Shown: positions 1 to 8,451 of the stretch, piece after piece | How positions within the stretch are numbered: position 1 is the stretch's first letter | Layout: each line of letters starts with the position of its first letter | Assembly (NCBI RefSeq): GCF_000317205.1 | Contig: NZ_AJLK01000041.1 | Coordinates: 1-40,000 of the forward strand | DNA: 40,000 nucleotides | Reading direction: 5' to 3' | From: Fischerella muscicola PCC 7414 | GTDB taxonomy: Bacteria; Cyanobacteriota; Cyanobacteriia; Cyanobacteriales; Nostocaceae | Notes under the pieces: model-generated | The model's database searches: none | Seen by the model: the letters and a program-made list of their open reading frames with translations, nothing else | What the model was told of the DNA's origin: nothing | Made by a program: the position numbers and the translations under genes

Positions 1-1
1 C

Positions 2-1051
2 CCCCCAGCATTACCAGCTACACTTAAGACTGCCTACGATGTATACAAAGTCGTTAGTATTTTAATCTCAATCTATAGTATTACCAGTAAGCTCAAAGAA
101 GTCGTTGATGCTGCGATTCAAGAAAATATCGCTCAAAATATCGAGGCAGTGAAAAAGCTTTTTACTGAAAACGGTATGAAAATTTCTCCAAACGATTGTC
201 AACAAGTTAATGAGAAATCTCTTGGTACTGCGATTAAAGGAATAGGAAAATATTCTCAATTTCTTTCAGGTTTTGGAATGATACAAAGAGGATTACTGGA
301 ACCAGAAGAATTGAAAAAAGATTTGGAAAATATGAGTTGGGATGATTTTACCAAACATGCAGGTAATACTTTGAAAATCTTAGATCCCAGTACATTTTCT
401 TCTGTAATTAGTTCGGTTTGCGAAATATCATTAATTATTGTTGATGCTGACTTTCAAAAGCTCACAATCTTCAACACTAATAGCGATCATTCTTGGATTG
501 TTAACAACGATGGGGTAGTCCGTAGCAAATATGGCAAACTCTGGCAGGAGGATCGTTACGCAGGTTGGCACCTTTTTGGACACCCGTGTGGTATTGGTTT
601 AGGTTCAGAGGAACACTTAAAGCCTAATGATTATTTGGAGATTGATGGACCAGATGGGAAATACGCTCTCATCTATCAAACAGATGGCAATTTGGTATTG
701 TATAAAAACACAGGTGACTCTCCAGAAACTCTCTGGTCTACGAACACCAGTGGTAAATCTGCTGGGGAAGCACGGATGCAAGCTGATGGTAATTTCGTTG
801 TCTATACTCAGTCAAGAGAAGTTGCTTGGGCACTGTTTCCAGAAATGCCATCCGGGCATGAAAATAGCACTTTAGTCTTAGATCCGTATGGAAATATAGG
901 CTACAAGCAAAATAATCAAGATATTGTTTTTACTGTGAACAAAAAACCTAGCTTTACAGAAGCAGCAGGTAATGCCGTCAATAGCGCAGCGGAAGCAGCA
1001 GGTAATGCCGTTAACAGTGTCGCGAGTACTATCGGCAGTTGGTTTCAATAA
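2..1051 (+). CDS. Bulb-type (B-) lectin domain protein, 5' end outside window
   Basis: This frame has no stop from nt 2 up to the GTG at 149 used by the ORF track, so the CDS is cut by the window edge. The C-terminal half has three QxDxNxVxY-type beta-prism II motifs: YQTDGNLVLY, MQADGNFVVY and a degenerate LDPYGNIGY. The N-terminal ~200 aa have no motif I recognise. Confidence 0.6.
   Translation, partial: PPALPATLKTAYDVYKVVSILISIYSITSKLKEVVDAAIQENIAQNIEAVKKLFTENGMKISPNDCQQVNEKSLGTAIKGIGKYSQFLSGFGMIQRGLLEPEELKKDLENMSWDDFTKHAGNTLKILDPSTFSSVISSVCEISLIIVDADFQKLTIFNTNSDHSWIVNNDGVVRSKYGKLWQEDRYAGWHLFGHPCGIGLGSEEHLKPNDYLEIDGPDGKYALIYQTDGNLVLYKNTGDSPETLWSTNTSGKSAGEARMQADGNFVVYTQSREVAWALFPEMPSGHENSTLVLDPYGNIGYKQNNQDIVFTVNKKPSFTEAAGNAVNSAAEAAGNAVNSVASTIGSWFQ
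959..1024 (+). repeat. 33-bp tandem duplication inside the 3' end of the lectin gene
   Basis: gaagcagcaggtaatgccgtcaatagcgcagcg (959-991) is followed by gaagcagcaggtaatgccgttaacagtgtcgcg (992-1024). It encodes EAAGNAVNSAA/EAAGNAVNSVA. Confidence 0.9.
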
Positions 1052-1082
1052 AATCTTGCACCATTATCGATAAGTCCAGTAG

Positions 1083-1114
1083 GGTGCGTTATGGACAGAA
1101 CGTCCTAACGCACC
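1083..1114. repeat. GGTGCGTTA...TAACGCACC hairpin repeat, copy 1 (possible terminator of lectin gene)
   Basis: Arms ggtgcgtta (1083-1091) and taacgcacc (1106-1114) are perfect complements. The same arms recur at 21550-21575. No T-run follows. Confidence 0.6.
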
Positions 1115-1191
1115 GAAAACTAGCGGATGGTGCAAATAATAGCCACAAAAGAAGGAACAGCAATTGATTTACCAGAAAATATCCTGATTTA

Positions 1192-1794
1192 ATGCTGGCA
1201 TACCTTAACGAACTTAACCGCGATCGCTCAGAAACTGAACCAAATAATCGCACAGTCCAAAGAGATGCTAAAGTTATTGCTTGGCAATGTTTAAAAACAA
1301 CTTTTCGTTCCACATCTGCCAAACTAGAAGATATCTTAGCTGCCCTTGATGACAGCGATACAGCCCCAGAACGTTTACAACATTTAGAAAAACGTTTGCG
1401 TTTAATTCAAACTATCGGCGCAGCGCAAGATATCGCAAGTGGCTGGATAAATTTTGGTTTATCTTTGCCGTATTATCAGGGCTATTCTACATCGAAAAAT
1501 ATTCATGGGAATAATAGCGATCGCCATCAACAACTGCCAACATTAGACCGATTGTCGCAACACATACATATCTGTAGTTCTTGTAATCAAGCCTATCGCC
1601 TTAGCGATCGCCTCAAACAAATTTTTGTGGGAATAGTGATCGCACTCACAGCTTTCGCGATCATTACAGACGGTTCTTCCATACAACTAGCGGCTGTATC
1701 TACTTCTGTTATCGCTGTAGTTTTGGCAATTATCGCCCAAAAAGTCAGAACCCGCCTTGAACGTCCTTACAACCGTCAAGCGAAAGATTGGTAA
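1192..1794 (+). CDS. Hypothetical C-terminally membrane-anchored protein; tail resembles the PaO/Tic55-family C-terminal CxxC + TM region
   Basis: 200-aa ORF. HIHICSSCNQAY is followed by a hydrophobic helix (IFVGIVIALTAFAIITDG...VIAVVLAIIA). No Rieske or mononuclear-iron motifs are present, so the family link is tentative. Confidence 0.45.
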   Translation: MLAYLNELNRDRSETEPNNRTVQRDAKVIAWQCLKTTFRSTSAKLEDILAALDDSDTAPERLQHLEKRLRLIQTIGAAQDIASGWINFGLSLPYYQGYSTSKNIHGNNSDRHQQLPTLDRLSQHIHICSSCNQAYRLSDRLKQIFVGIVIALTAFAIITDGSSIQLAAVSTSVIAVVLAIIAQKVRTRLERPYNRQAKDW

Positions 1795-2228
1795 TTGCCT
1801 CAATCTTCCTACACCCTTACACCCATTTTTAAGATAAATGTCATGCGATCGCTTTTAAAGTAATGTAGAATAAGTTGGTATTAAGTTGGTATTAGCTACC
1901 AACCAGCAACAACTAACCATCAAACCAAATAGCAATTTTGAGCAACTGAGAAAGCAACATTTAGTGACGATTAAAGTTCAGCAGTAACTTTAGTTACGAG
2001 TTTTTGCGATTTATTCTCATTTTTCAGTCTTGAGATTTTCTCTAAGTCTCTCACAGTCAGGCTTTTGCAATACTCAAGCCTTGATTTCCTCCCAATAATT
2101 AAAAAAATTTAAATCGCATTTATTATCAAAAAAAAAGTGATATGTTGGATACAGAATTGAATTTCGCATCTTTCTGGAGTAGTTGTCCGTAATCTACTCC
2201 AGATTTCTAAACCCCAAACCGCATCAAT

Positions 2229-2840
2229 ATTAGTACTTTGGGCTGATTATAAATAGCCTATGAGTACAACTTAAAAATAAGCTCAAAAAAACTTAATTTG
2301 TCTGTAAAGCCTTACCATACCAGGGTTTGAGGTGAGTACAAAAACACTTGTCCCCTTCTCCATAAATACTTGTACTTCCACCTCAAAATACTAGTACCCC
2401 TACCCAAAAAATTTTTTAATTCTTCACAATGCCCTCATAATCAGGGTTGAAAAATTTGAGTACAAACTTAATAAATCTAATAAATCTTATCCAAGTTGCA
2501 TAACCAGCCTCCCGATCTCACGGCTGATATAAAACATATATCGCCAATCACTTGACGCACCAATCAAGGAGCGATGAGTGAGTGGAGGGATGAGATAGCA
2601 CCATGCCCCTGTGAACAGAAGTCGCGGCTGTCAGCGCAAATTCCACCCGCATCTTGTGCATGACACACCAGCCGAGAAAACAAGGGTTAATAGCCTACCC
2701 CGAACCCCGGTGGGCAGCGCTATAAACAGACGCGACTTCCATTCCTTACAAATCAGTGAACAGTAAACAGTAAACAGTTATCAGTTTTGTGATAACTGGT
2801 AACTGATAACTGATAACTGGCTAGTGTTCCATCTCCCACA
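2229..2840 (+). promoter_or_regulatory. nifB upstream regulatory region and probable long 5' leader
   Basis: About 1 kb non-coding gap before nifB. It contains GTAC-centred direct repeats (2229-2467), a TATAAA box (2528-2533), a GC-rich repeat-free block (about 2540-2750) with long-range complementarity, and heptamer arrays (2754-2820). Confidence 0.4.
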
Positions 2841-4325
2841 GTGGCTGCCAAGTCCATCGACATCTTGCGAAATTCAATGACTCCACTGTCTACAGGACTC
2901 GTCACCTCCCCAATTACGGAAACTACAATCGAAGCAAAATCCAGTGGTTGCGGCGGATGCAGCAGCAGCGCCACCGGGGACATGGATGAAAAACTTCAAC
3001 AGCGCATTGCCAAGCATCCCTGTTATAGCGAAGAAGCTCACCATCACTATGCTAGATTGCACGTTGCAGTTGCTCCTGCTTGTAATATTCAATGCAACTA
3101 CTGCAATCGCAAATACGACTGCGCTAACGAAAGTCGTCCCGGCGTAGTGAGCGAATTGTTAACGCCAGAAGAAGCAGCACACAAAGTTTTAGTGATTGCT
3201 GGCAAAATTCCCCAACTGACTGTTTTAGGAATTGCAGGTCCTGGCGATCCCCTGGCAAATCCAGAAAGGACTTTTCGCACCTTTGAGTTGGTAGCAGACA
3301 AAGCACCCGATATTAAACTTTGTTTATCAACTAACGGTTTAATGCTTCCCGAATATATCGATCGCATTAAACAATTAAACATAGATCACGTTACTATCAC
3401 CATTAATATGGTGGATCCAGAAATCGGTGCTAAGATTTATCCTTGGGTTCACTACAAACGCAAGCGTTACAGAGGTATTGAAGGCGTAAGAATCCTCCAC
3501 GAAAAACAAATGGAAGGATTGCAAGCGCTCAAAGAAGCCAATATTCTCTGCAAAGTCAACTCGGTAATGATTCCGGGGATTAATGACGAACACTTGGTAG
3601 AAGTCAATAAAGTCATTCGTTCTCACGGTGCATTCCTGCACAACATTATGCCGTTGATTTCTGCACCAGAACACGGCACTCATTTTGGCTTAACCGGACA
3701 GCGTGGCCCCACTCCCAAAGAATTGAAGACAGTGCAAGACAGCTGTGCTGGTAACATGAAGATGATGCGCCACTGTCGCCAGTGCCGTGCCGATGCAGTA
3801 GGATTATTGGGAGAAGACCGCAGCCAAGAATTTACCAAAGATAAATTCATGGACATGGCTCCAGAATATGACCTTGCTCAACGCCAAGAAGTTCACGCAG
3901 GGATTGAGAAATTTAGAGAAGAACTCAAAGCTGCCAAACAACAGGTTGTAGAGACGCGCCATGGCGCATCTCTACAAAACGCGCCGAAAATCTTAGTTGC
4001 AGTTGCAACCAAAGGTGGTGGCTTAGTTAACCAACACTTCGGTCATGCCAAGGAATTCCAGGTGTATGAAGTCGATGGTAGCGAAGTACGCTTTATCGGT
4101 CATCGTAAAATAGACCACTATTGCCAAGGTGGTTATGGCGAAACAGCCACTCTGGAAAATATCATCGAAGCGATCGCAGATTGCAAAGCGGTATTTGTTG
4201 CCAAAATCGGTGATTGTCCCAAAGAAAAATTACACGCCGCCGGCATCCAAACCGTTGAAACCTACGACATGATTGACAAGGCTGCTTTGGAATATTACCA
4301 GCAATACGTCCAGGAAACAGTTTAG
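2841..4325 (+). CDS. nifB: Nitrogenase FeMo-cofactor biosynthesis radical-SAM protein NifB
   Basis: Radical-SAM motif [15 protein letters not shown]-terminal NifX-like domain ([29 protein letters not shown]). Sits at the head of the nif cluster. An alternative ATG start at 2877 (MTPLSTG...) is possible. Confidence 0.97.
   Translation: MAAKSIDILRNSMTPLSTGLVTSPITETTIEAKSSGCGGCSSSATGDMDEKLQQRIAKHPCYSEEAHHHYARLHVAVAPACNIQCNYCNRKYDCANESRPGVVSELLTPEEAAHKVLVIAGKIPQLTVLGIAGPGDPLANPERTFRTFELVADKAPDIKLCLSTNGLMLPEYIDRIKQLNIDHVTITINMVDPEIGAKIYPWVHYKRKRYRGIEGVRILHEKQMEGLQALKEANILCKVNSVMIPGINDEHLVEVNKVIRSHGAFLHNIMPLISAPEHGTHFGLTGQRGPTPKELKTVQDSCAGNMKMMRHCRQCRADAVGLLGEDRSQEFTKDKFMDMAPEYDLAQRQEVHAGIEKFREELKAAKQQVVETRHGASLQNAPKILVAVATKGGGLVNQHFGHAKEFQVYEVDGSEVRFIGHRKIDHYCQGGYGETATLENIIEAIADCKAVFVAKIGDCPKEKLHAAGIQTVETYDMIDKAALEYYQQYVQETV
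3946..3977. repeat. 32-bp near-perfect palindrome (CCATGG-centred) inside nifB coding sequence
   Basis: ttgtagagacgcgccatggcgcatctctacaa has one mismatch between its arms. A related copy, gtagagacgtgccatggcacgtctggtac, lies intergenically at 18553-18581. Confidence 0.9.
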
Positions 4326-4367
4326 TTGTTAGTTGTTTGGTGTTTGGTATTGGTTGATCGTTGATTG

Positions 4368-4519
4368 TTGTTAGTTGTTTGGTAATTGTTCCAACCAACC
4401 ACCAACCATCAACACAGAACAAATCCGTTGTTAGTTGTTTGGTAATTGTTCCAACCAACCACCAACCATCAACACAGAACAAATCCGTTGTTAGTTGTTT
4501 GGTAATTGTTCCAACCAAC
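4368..4519. repeat. 60-bp tandem repeat (2 identical copies + partial third) in nifB-fdxN spacer
   Basis: The unit gttgttagttgtttggtaattgttccaaccaaccaccaaccatcaacacagaacaaatcc occurs at 4368-4427 and 4428-4487. A third copy diverges after about 4519. Each unit holds a GT-rich arm and a CA-rich arm. Confidence 0.95.
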
Positions 4520-4609
4520 AACGAACAACCAACAACCAACAAATTCATTACCCAGCACTCATTACCCAGAACCAAATCCTCAATCTACTCCCTTCAATGG
4601 AGGATAGTC

Positions 4610-4951
4610 ATGGCTTACCAAATTACCAGCGAGTGCATTTCCTGCAATCTTTGTCAATCTGTATGTCCGACTGGTGCAATCAAAATGGATGGCGATCGCC
4701 CCTGGATTGATCCTGAACTTTGCACAAACTGCGTTGGCAGTATTCACACCGTACCTCAGTGTAAAGCTGGTTGTCCGACAAGCAACGGTTGCGTAAAAGT
4801 CCCTAGCGATTACTGGGAAAAATGGTTTAACACTTATTACCCCTTGGTAGCAAAATTAACTAAAAAACAAGATTATTGGGAGACTTGGTTTAACTTCTAT
4901 TCTCAAAGATTTTCCGATCAGTTACAGAAACGTCAACACCAAGTCGCTTAA
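4610..4951 (+). CDS. fdxN: 2[4Fe-4S] bacterial-type ferredoxin FdxN
   Basis: MAYQITSECISCNLCQSVCPTGAI and CTNCVG...CKAGCP cluster motifs. GGAGGA lies 7 nt upstream of the ATG at 4610. The track ORF (4361) adds a translated tandem repeat at the N-terminus, which I reject. The position between nifB and nifS is canonical. Confidence 0.9.
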   Translation: MAYQITSECISCNLCQSVCPTGAIKMDGDRPWIDPELCTNCVGSIHTVPQCKAGCPTSNGCVKVPSDYWEKWFNTYYPLVAKLTKKQDYWETWFNFYSQRFSDQLQKRQHQVA

Positions 4952-4952
4952 T

Positions 4953-5016
4953 CGTTGATGGTTGGTTGTTGTTTGTTGTTTGTAACAAACAACGACCCAC
5001 AAACAACCAAGAACAA
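4953..5016. repeat. GT-rich then CA-rich heptamer-array hairpin (fdxN-nifS spacer)
   Basis: gttgatggttggttgttgtttgttgtttgt is followed by aacaaacaacgacccacaaacaaccaagaacaa. The centre ttgtttgt/acaaacaa is self-complementary. Confidence 0.8.
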
Positions 5017-5038
5017 ATTTTAAACAAAATTGGAAGCA

Positions 5039-6283
5039 ATGCAGAAAAATTGTATTTATTTAGATAATAATGCTACTACCAAAGTCGATCCTGAAGTTGT
5101 AGAGGCGATGCTACCTTACTTGACGGATTATTATGGTAATCCCTCTAGTATGCACAGCTTTGGCGGGCAAGTAAAAAAAGCAGTTAACAAAGCACATGAA
5201 CAAGTTGCTGCTCTCCTTGGCGCTGATGCATCAGAAATTATCTTCACGAGTGGTGGTACAGAGGGAGATAACGCCGCTATTCGCGCTGCACTGTTGGCAC
5301 AACCAGACAAGCGACACATTATCACAACCCAGGTAGAACACCCAGCAGTACTAAGTCTGTGCAAACAGCTAGAAAATCAAGGTTACAGTGTTACCTATCT
5401 ATCAGTAAATCACGAAGGGCAGTTAGACCTAAATGAACTAGAAGCTGCGCTCACTGGTAACACCGCCTTAGTCAGCATTATGTATGCTAACAACGAAACT
5501 GGGGTAGTTTTCCCGATTGAGCAGATAGGTCTTAGAGTTAAAGAAAGCGGCGCTCTCTTCCATGTGGACGCGGTGCAAGCAGTCGGTAAAATTCCGATGA
5601 ACATGAAGACTAGCACCATTGATATGTTAACCATGTCTGGTCACAAAATTCATGCACCCAAAGGAATTGGTGCTTTATATGTGCGACGTGGTGTGAGATT
5701 TCGTCCTATGCTCATCGGCGGTGGACAGCAACGTGGTAGAAGGGCGGGAACAGAAAACGTTCCAGGAGTTGTAGCCCTTGGTAAAGCTGCCGAATTAGAA
5801 TTATTACATTTAGAAGAAGCGACAACTAGAGAAAGAAAACTGCGCGATCGCTTAGAACAAACTATTATTGCAACTATTCCCGACTGCCAAGTCAACGGTC
5901 ATCCTACGCAGAGATTGCCCAACACCACCAACATTGGCTTTAAGTACATTGAAGGTGAAGCAATTCTCCTGCACCTGAATAAATACGGCATCTGTGCCTC
6001 ATCCGGTTCTGCTTGCAGTTCTGGCTCTTTGGAACCTTCCCACGTTTTAAGAGCAATGGGTTTACCCTACACAATTTTGCACGGTTCCATTCGCTTCAGC
6101 CTTTGTCGTTATACCACAGACGCCGAAATTAATGCTGTGCTAGCAGTAATGCCTGGTATTATTGAACACCTACGCGCCCTCTCACCCTTCAAGAATGACG
6201 AAGCAAGTTGGCTGCAACAAAGAGATGGGGAGATGGGGAGATGGGGAGATGGGGAGAAAAACAAATCCCTCGTTGCTAATTAA
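5039..6283 (+). CDS. nifS: Cysteine desulfurase NifS
   Basis: Class V aminotransferase features: IYLDNNATT, PLP-lysine motif SGHKIHAPKGIG and active-site loop SSGSACSSG. The track starts at TTG 5030; ATG 5039 (MQKNCIYLDNNATT) is more likely. The last ~20 codons run through a GGGGAGAT octamer array. Confidence 0.95.
   Translation: MQKNCIYLDNNATTKVDPEVVEAMLPYLTDYYGNPSSMHSFGGQVKKAVNKAHEQVAALLGADASEIIFTSGGTEGDNAAIRAALLAQPDKRHIITTQVEHPAVLSLCKQLENQGYSVTYLSVNHEGQLDLNELEAALTGNTALVSIMYANNETGVVFPIEQIGLRVKESGALFHVDAVQAVGKIPMNMKTSTIDMLTMSGHKIHAPKGIGALYVRRGVRFRPMLIGGGQQRGRRAGTENVPGVVALGKAAELELLHLEEATTRERKLRDRLEQTIIATIPDCQVNGHPTQRLPNTTNIGFKYIEGEAILLHLNKYGICASSGSACSSGSLEPSHVLRAMGLPYTILHGSIRFSLCRYTTDAEINAVLAVMPGIIEHLRALSPFKNDEASWLQQRDGEMGRWGDGEKNKSLVAN
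6223..6256. repeat. Tandem octamer (AGATGGGG)x4 inside the 3' end of nifS
   Basis: agatgggg occurs at 6223, 6231, 6239 and 6247. It is translated as GEMGRWGDGE. Confidence 0.95.
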
Positions 6284-6321
6284 AACATCTCTAATCCAAA
6301 ATCTAAAATCCAAAATCGGCT

Positions 6322-7215
6322 ATGTGGGACTATACAGATAAAGTATTGGAACTGTTCTACAATCCCCAACATCAGGGAGTAATAGAAGACAAGGGTGAAC
6401 CAGGAATTAAAGTTGCTGTTGGTGATGTGGGTAGCATTGCTTGCGGAGACGCCCTGAGACTGCACCTGAAAGTTGAGGAAAATACAGAGAAAATCATTGA
6501 TGCTCGTTTTCAAACTTTTGGTTGTACCAGTGCGATCGCTTCATCTGAAGCTCTGGTAGAACTAATCAAGGGTAAAACTTTAGATGAAGCCCTTAAGGTT
6601 ACTAATAAAGAAATTGCTAATTACTTGGGTGGTTTACCGGAAGCAAAAATGCATTGCTCGGTAATGGGACAAGAAGCGCTAGAAGCAGCTATTTATAATT
6701 ACCGTGGCATACCCCTAGACACTCATGAAGATGATGACGAAGGAGTTTTAGTTTGTACTTGCTTTGGCATTAGTGATGCCAAAATCAAACGGGTGATTAT
6801 TGAAAATAACCTCACCACCGCCGAAGAAGTGACAAATTACGTCAAAGCTGGCGGCGGATGTGGATCATGTCTAGCAAGTATTGATGACATCATTGCATCT
6901 GTGCAAAAAGAAAAAGCATCTGCCACTCCTGTAAGTAATTCCCTCAATCAGACCAATGGTAAGTCAGCCGTAAAACCACTGACACCAGTGCAAAAAATTG
7001 CACTCATTCAAAAAGTATTAGATGAAGAAGTCAGACCCGTTTTGATCGCCGACGGGGGAGATGTAGAACTGTTCGACGTCGAAGGCGATCGCGTGAAAGT
7101 GATCCTGCAAGGTGCTTGTGGTTCCTGTTCAAGCAGCACAGCCACATTAAAAATAGCAATTGAATCTAGACTACGCGATCGCGTGAGCAAATATCTTGTA
7201 GTTGAAGCAGTTTAG
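6322..7215 (+). CDS. nifU: Fe-S cluster scaffold protein NifU
   Basis: N-terminal IscU-like domain (SIACGDALRLHL, FGCTSAIASS, MHCSVM), central Cys-rich region (CTCFG...GGCGSC) and C-terminal Nfu domain (GACGSCSSS). Confidence 0.97.
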   Translation: MWDYTDKVLELFYNPQHQGVIEDKGEPGIKVAVGDVGSIACGDALRLHLKVEENTEKIIDARFQTFGCTSAIASSEALVELIKGKTLDEALKVTNKEIANYLGGLPEAKMHCSVMGQEALEAAIYNYRGIPLDTHEDDDEGVLVCTCFGISDAKIKRVIIENNLTTAEEVTNYVKAGGGCGSCLASIDDIIASVQKEKASATPVSNSLNQTNGKSAVKPLTPVQKIALIQKVLDEEVRPVLIADGGDVELFDVEGDRVKVILQGACGSCSSSTATLKIAIESRLRDRVSKYLVVEAV

Positions 7216-7283
7216 TAATTAGTTCCTAGTTAGTAGTTACTGGTTAGTAGTAAACAACAACCAACAAACAACAAACACCAAAA
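7216..7283. repeat. GT-rich (TAGTTAG-type) then CA-rich (CAACAAA-type) heptamer arrays after nifU
   Basis: taattagttcctagttagtagttactggttagtagt is followed by aaacaacaaccaacaaacaacaaacaccaaaa. Confidence 0.85.
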
Positions 7284-7420
7284 TTATGACAACCATTTTT
7301 GCCATAGAGCGAGCACCACCGTTGGTGACGTTCTATGAAGCGGTCACTGCTGACCCAACTAAAGTGAACCTAAACACAAATCCTCTAGACCCACCAAACC
7401 AACCAATAGCAGGAGAATAA

Positions 7421-8314
<894 letters not shown>

Positions 8315-8330
8315 GTAATGCCGTAGTCAA

Positions 8331-8403
8331 AGGAGACACGGAGATGCAGAGACATGGAGTATTTCTCCCCATCTCCCCATCTCCCCTTTCTCCCATTCCT
8401 CCC
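8331..8403. repeat. Imperfect inverted repeat in nifH-nifD spacer ending in ATCTCCCC octamers
   Basis: Left arm aggagacacggagatgcagagacatggag. Right arm ctccccatctccccatctcccctttctcccattcctccc, which is the reverse complement of the GGGGAGAT array seen in nifS. Confidence 0.75.
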
Positions 8404-8451
8404 TTCTATACCTGCAATTACCCGTACCCATAAGTCTAACCGAGGCAGACT

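Noticed and set aside
2574-2663. 29-codon Cys-rich mini-ORF in the nifB leader as a standalone gene
   Set aside because: The AAGGAG-to-ATG spacing is only 2 nt and there is no supporting evidence. It is kept only as a note within the leader finding.
2229-2840. NtcA binding site (GTA-N8-TAC) upstream of nifB
   Set aside because: I checked each GTA in the GTAC-rich cluster. None is followed by TAC at an 8-nt spacing.
3375-3683. Antisense ORFs inside nif genes (e.g. 3375-3683, 8497-8865, 10279-10674, 11206-11496, 13290-13556, 15248-15655, 15714-16055)
   Set aside because: These are shadow ORFs opposite strongly supported nif coding regions. They have no RBS or recognisable motifs.
4368-4519. 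Possible CRISPR array (regular 60-bp periodicity)
   Set aside because: The units are contiguous identical copies with no unique spacers between them, and no cas genes are nearby. It is a simple tandem repeat.
4361-4609. N-terminal 83 aa of the track ORF 4361-4951, and the antisense ORF 4162-4575 with repeated LVGTITKQLTT peptides
   Set aside because: Both are translations of the 60-bp tandem repeat. fdxN has a proper GGAGGA RBS and an ATG at 4610. The repetitive peptides reflect DNA periodicity, not a protein.
7286-7420. 44-codon ORF between nifU and nifH as a real gene
   Set aside because: It has no SD, no recognisable motif, and lies in a region better explained as the nifH leader. It is mentioned in the spacer finding only.
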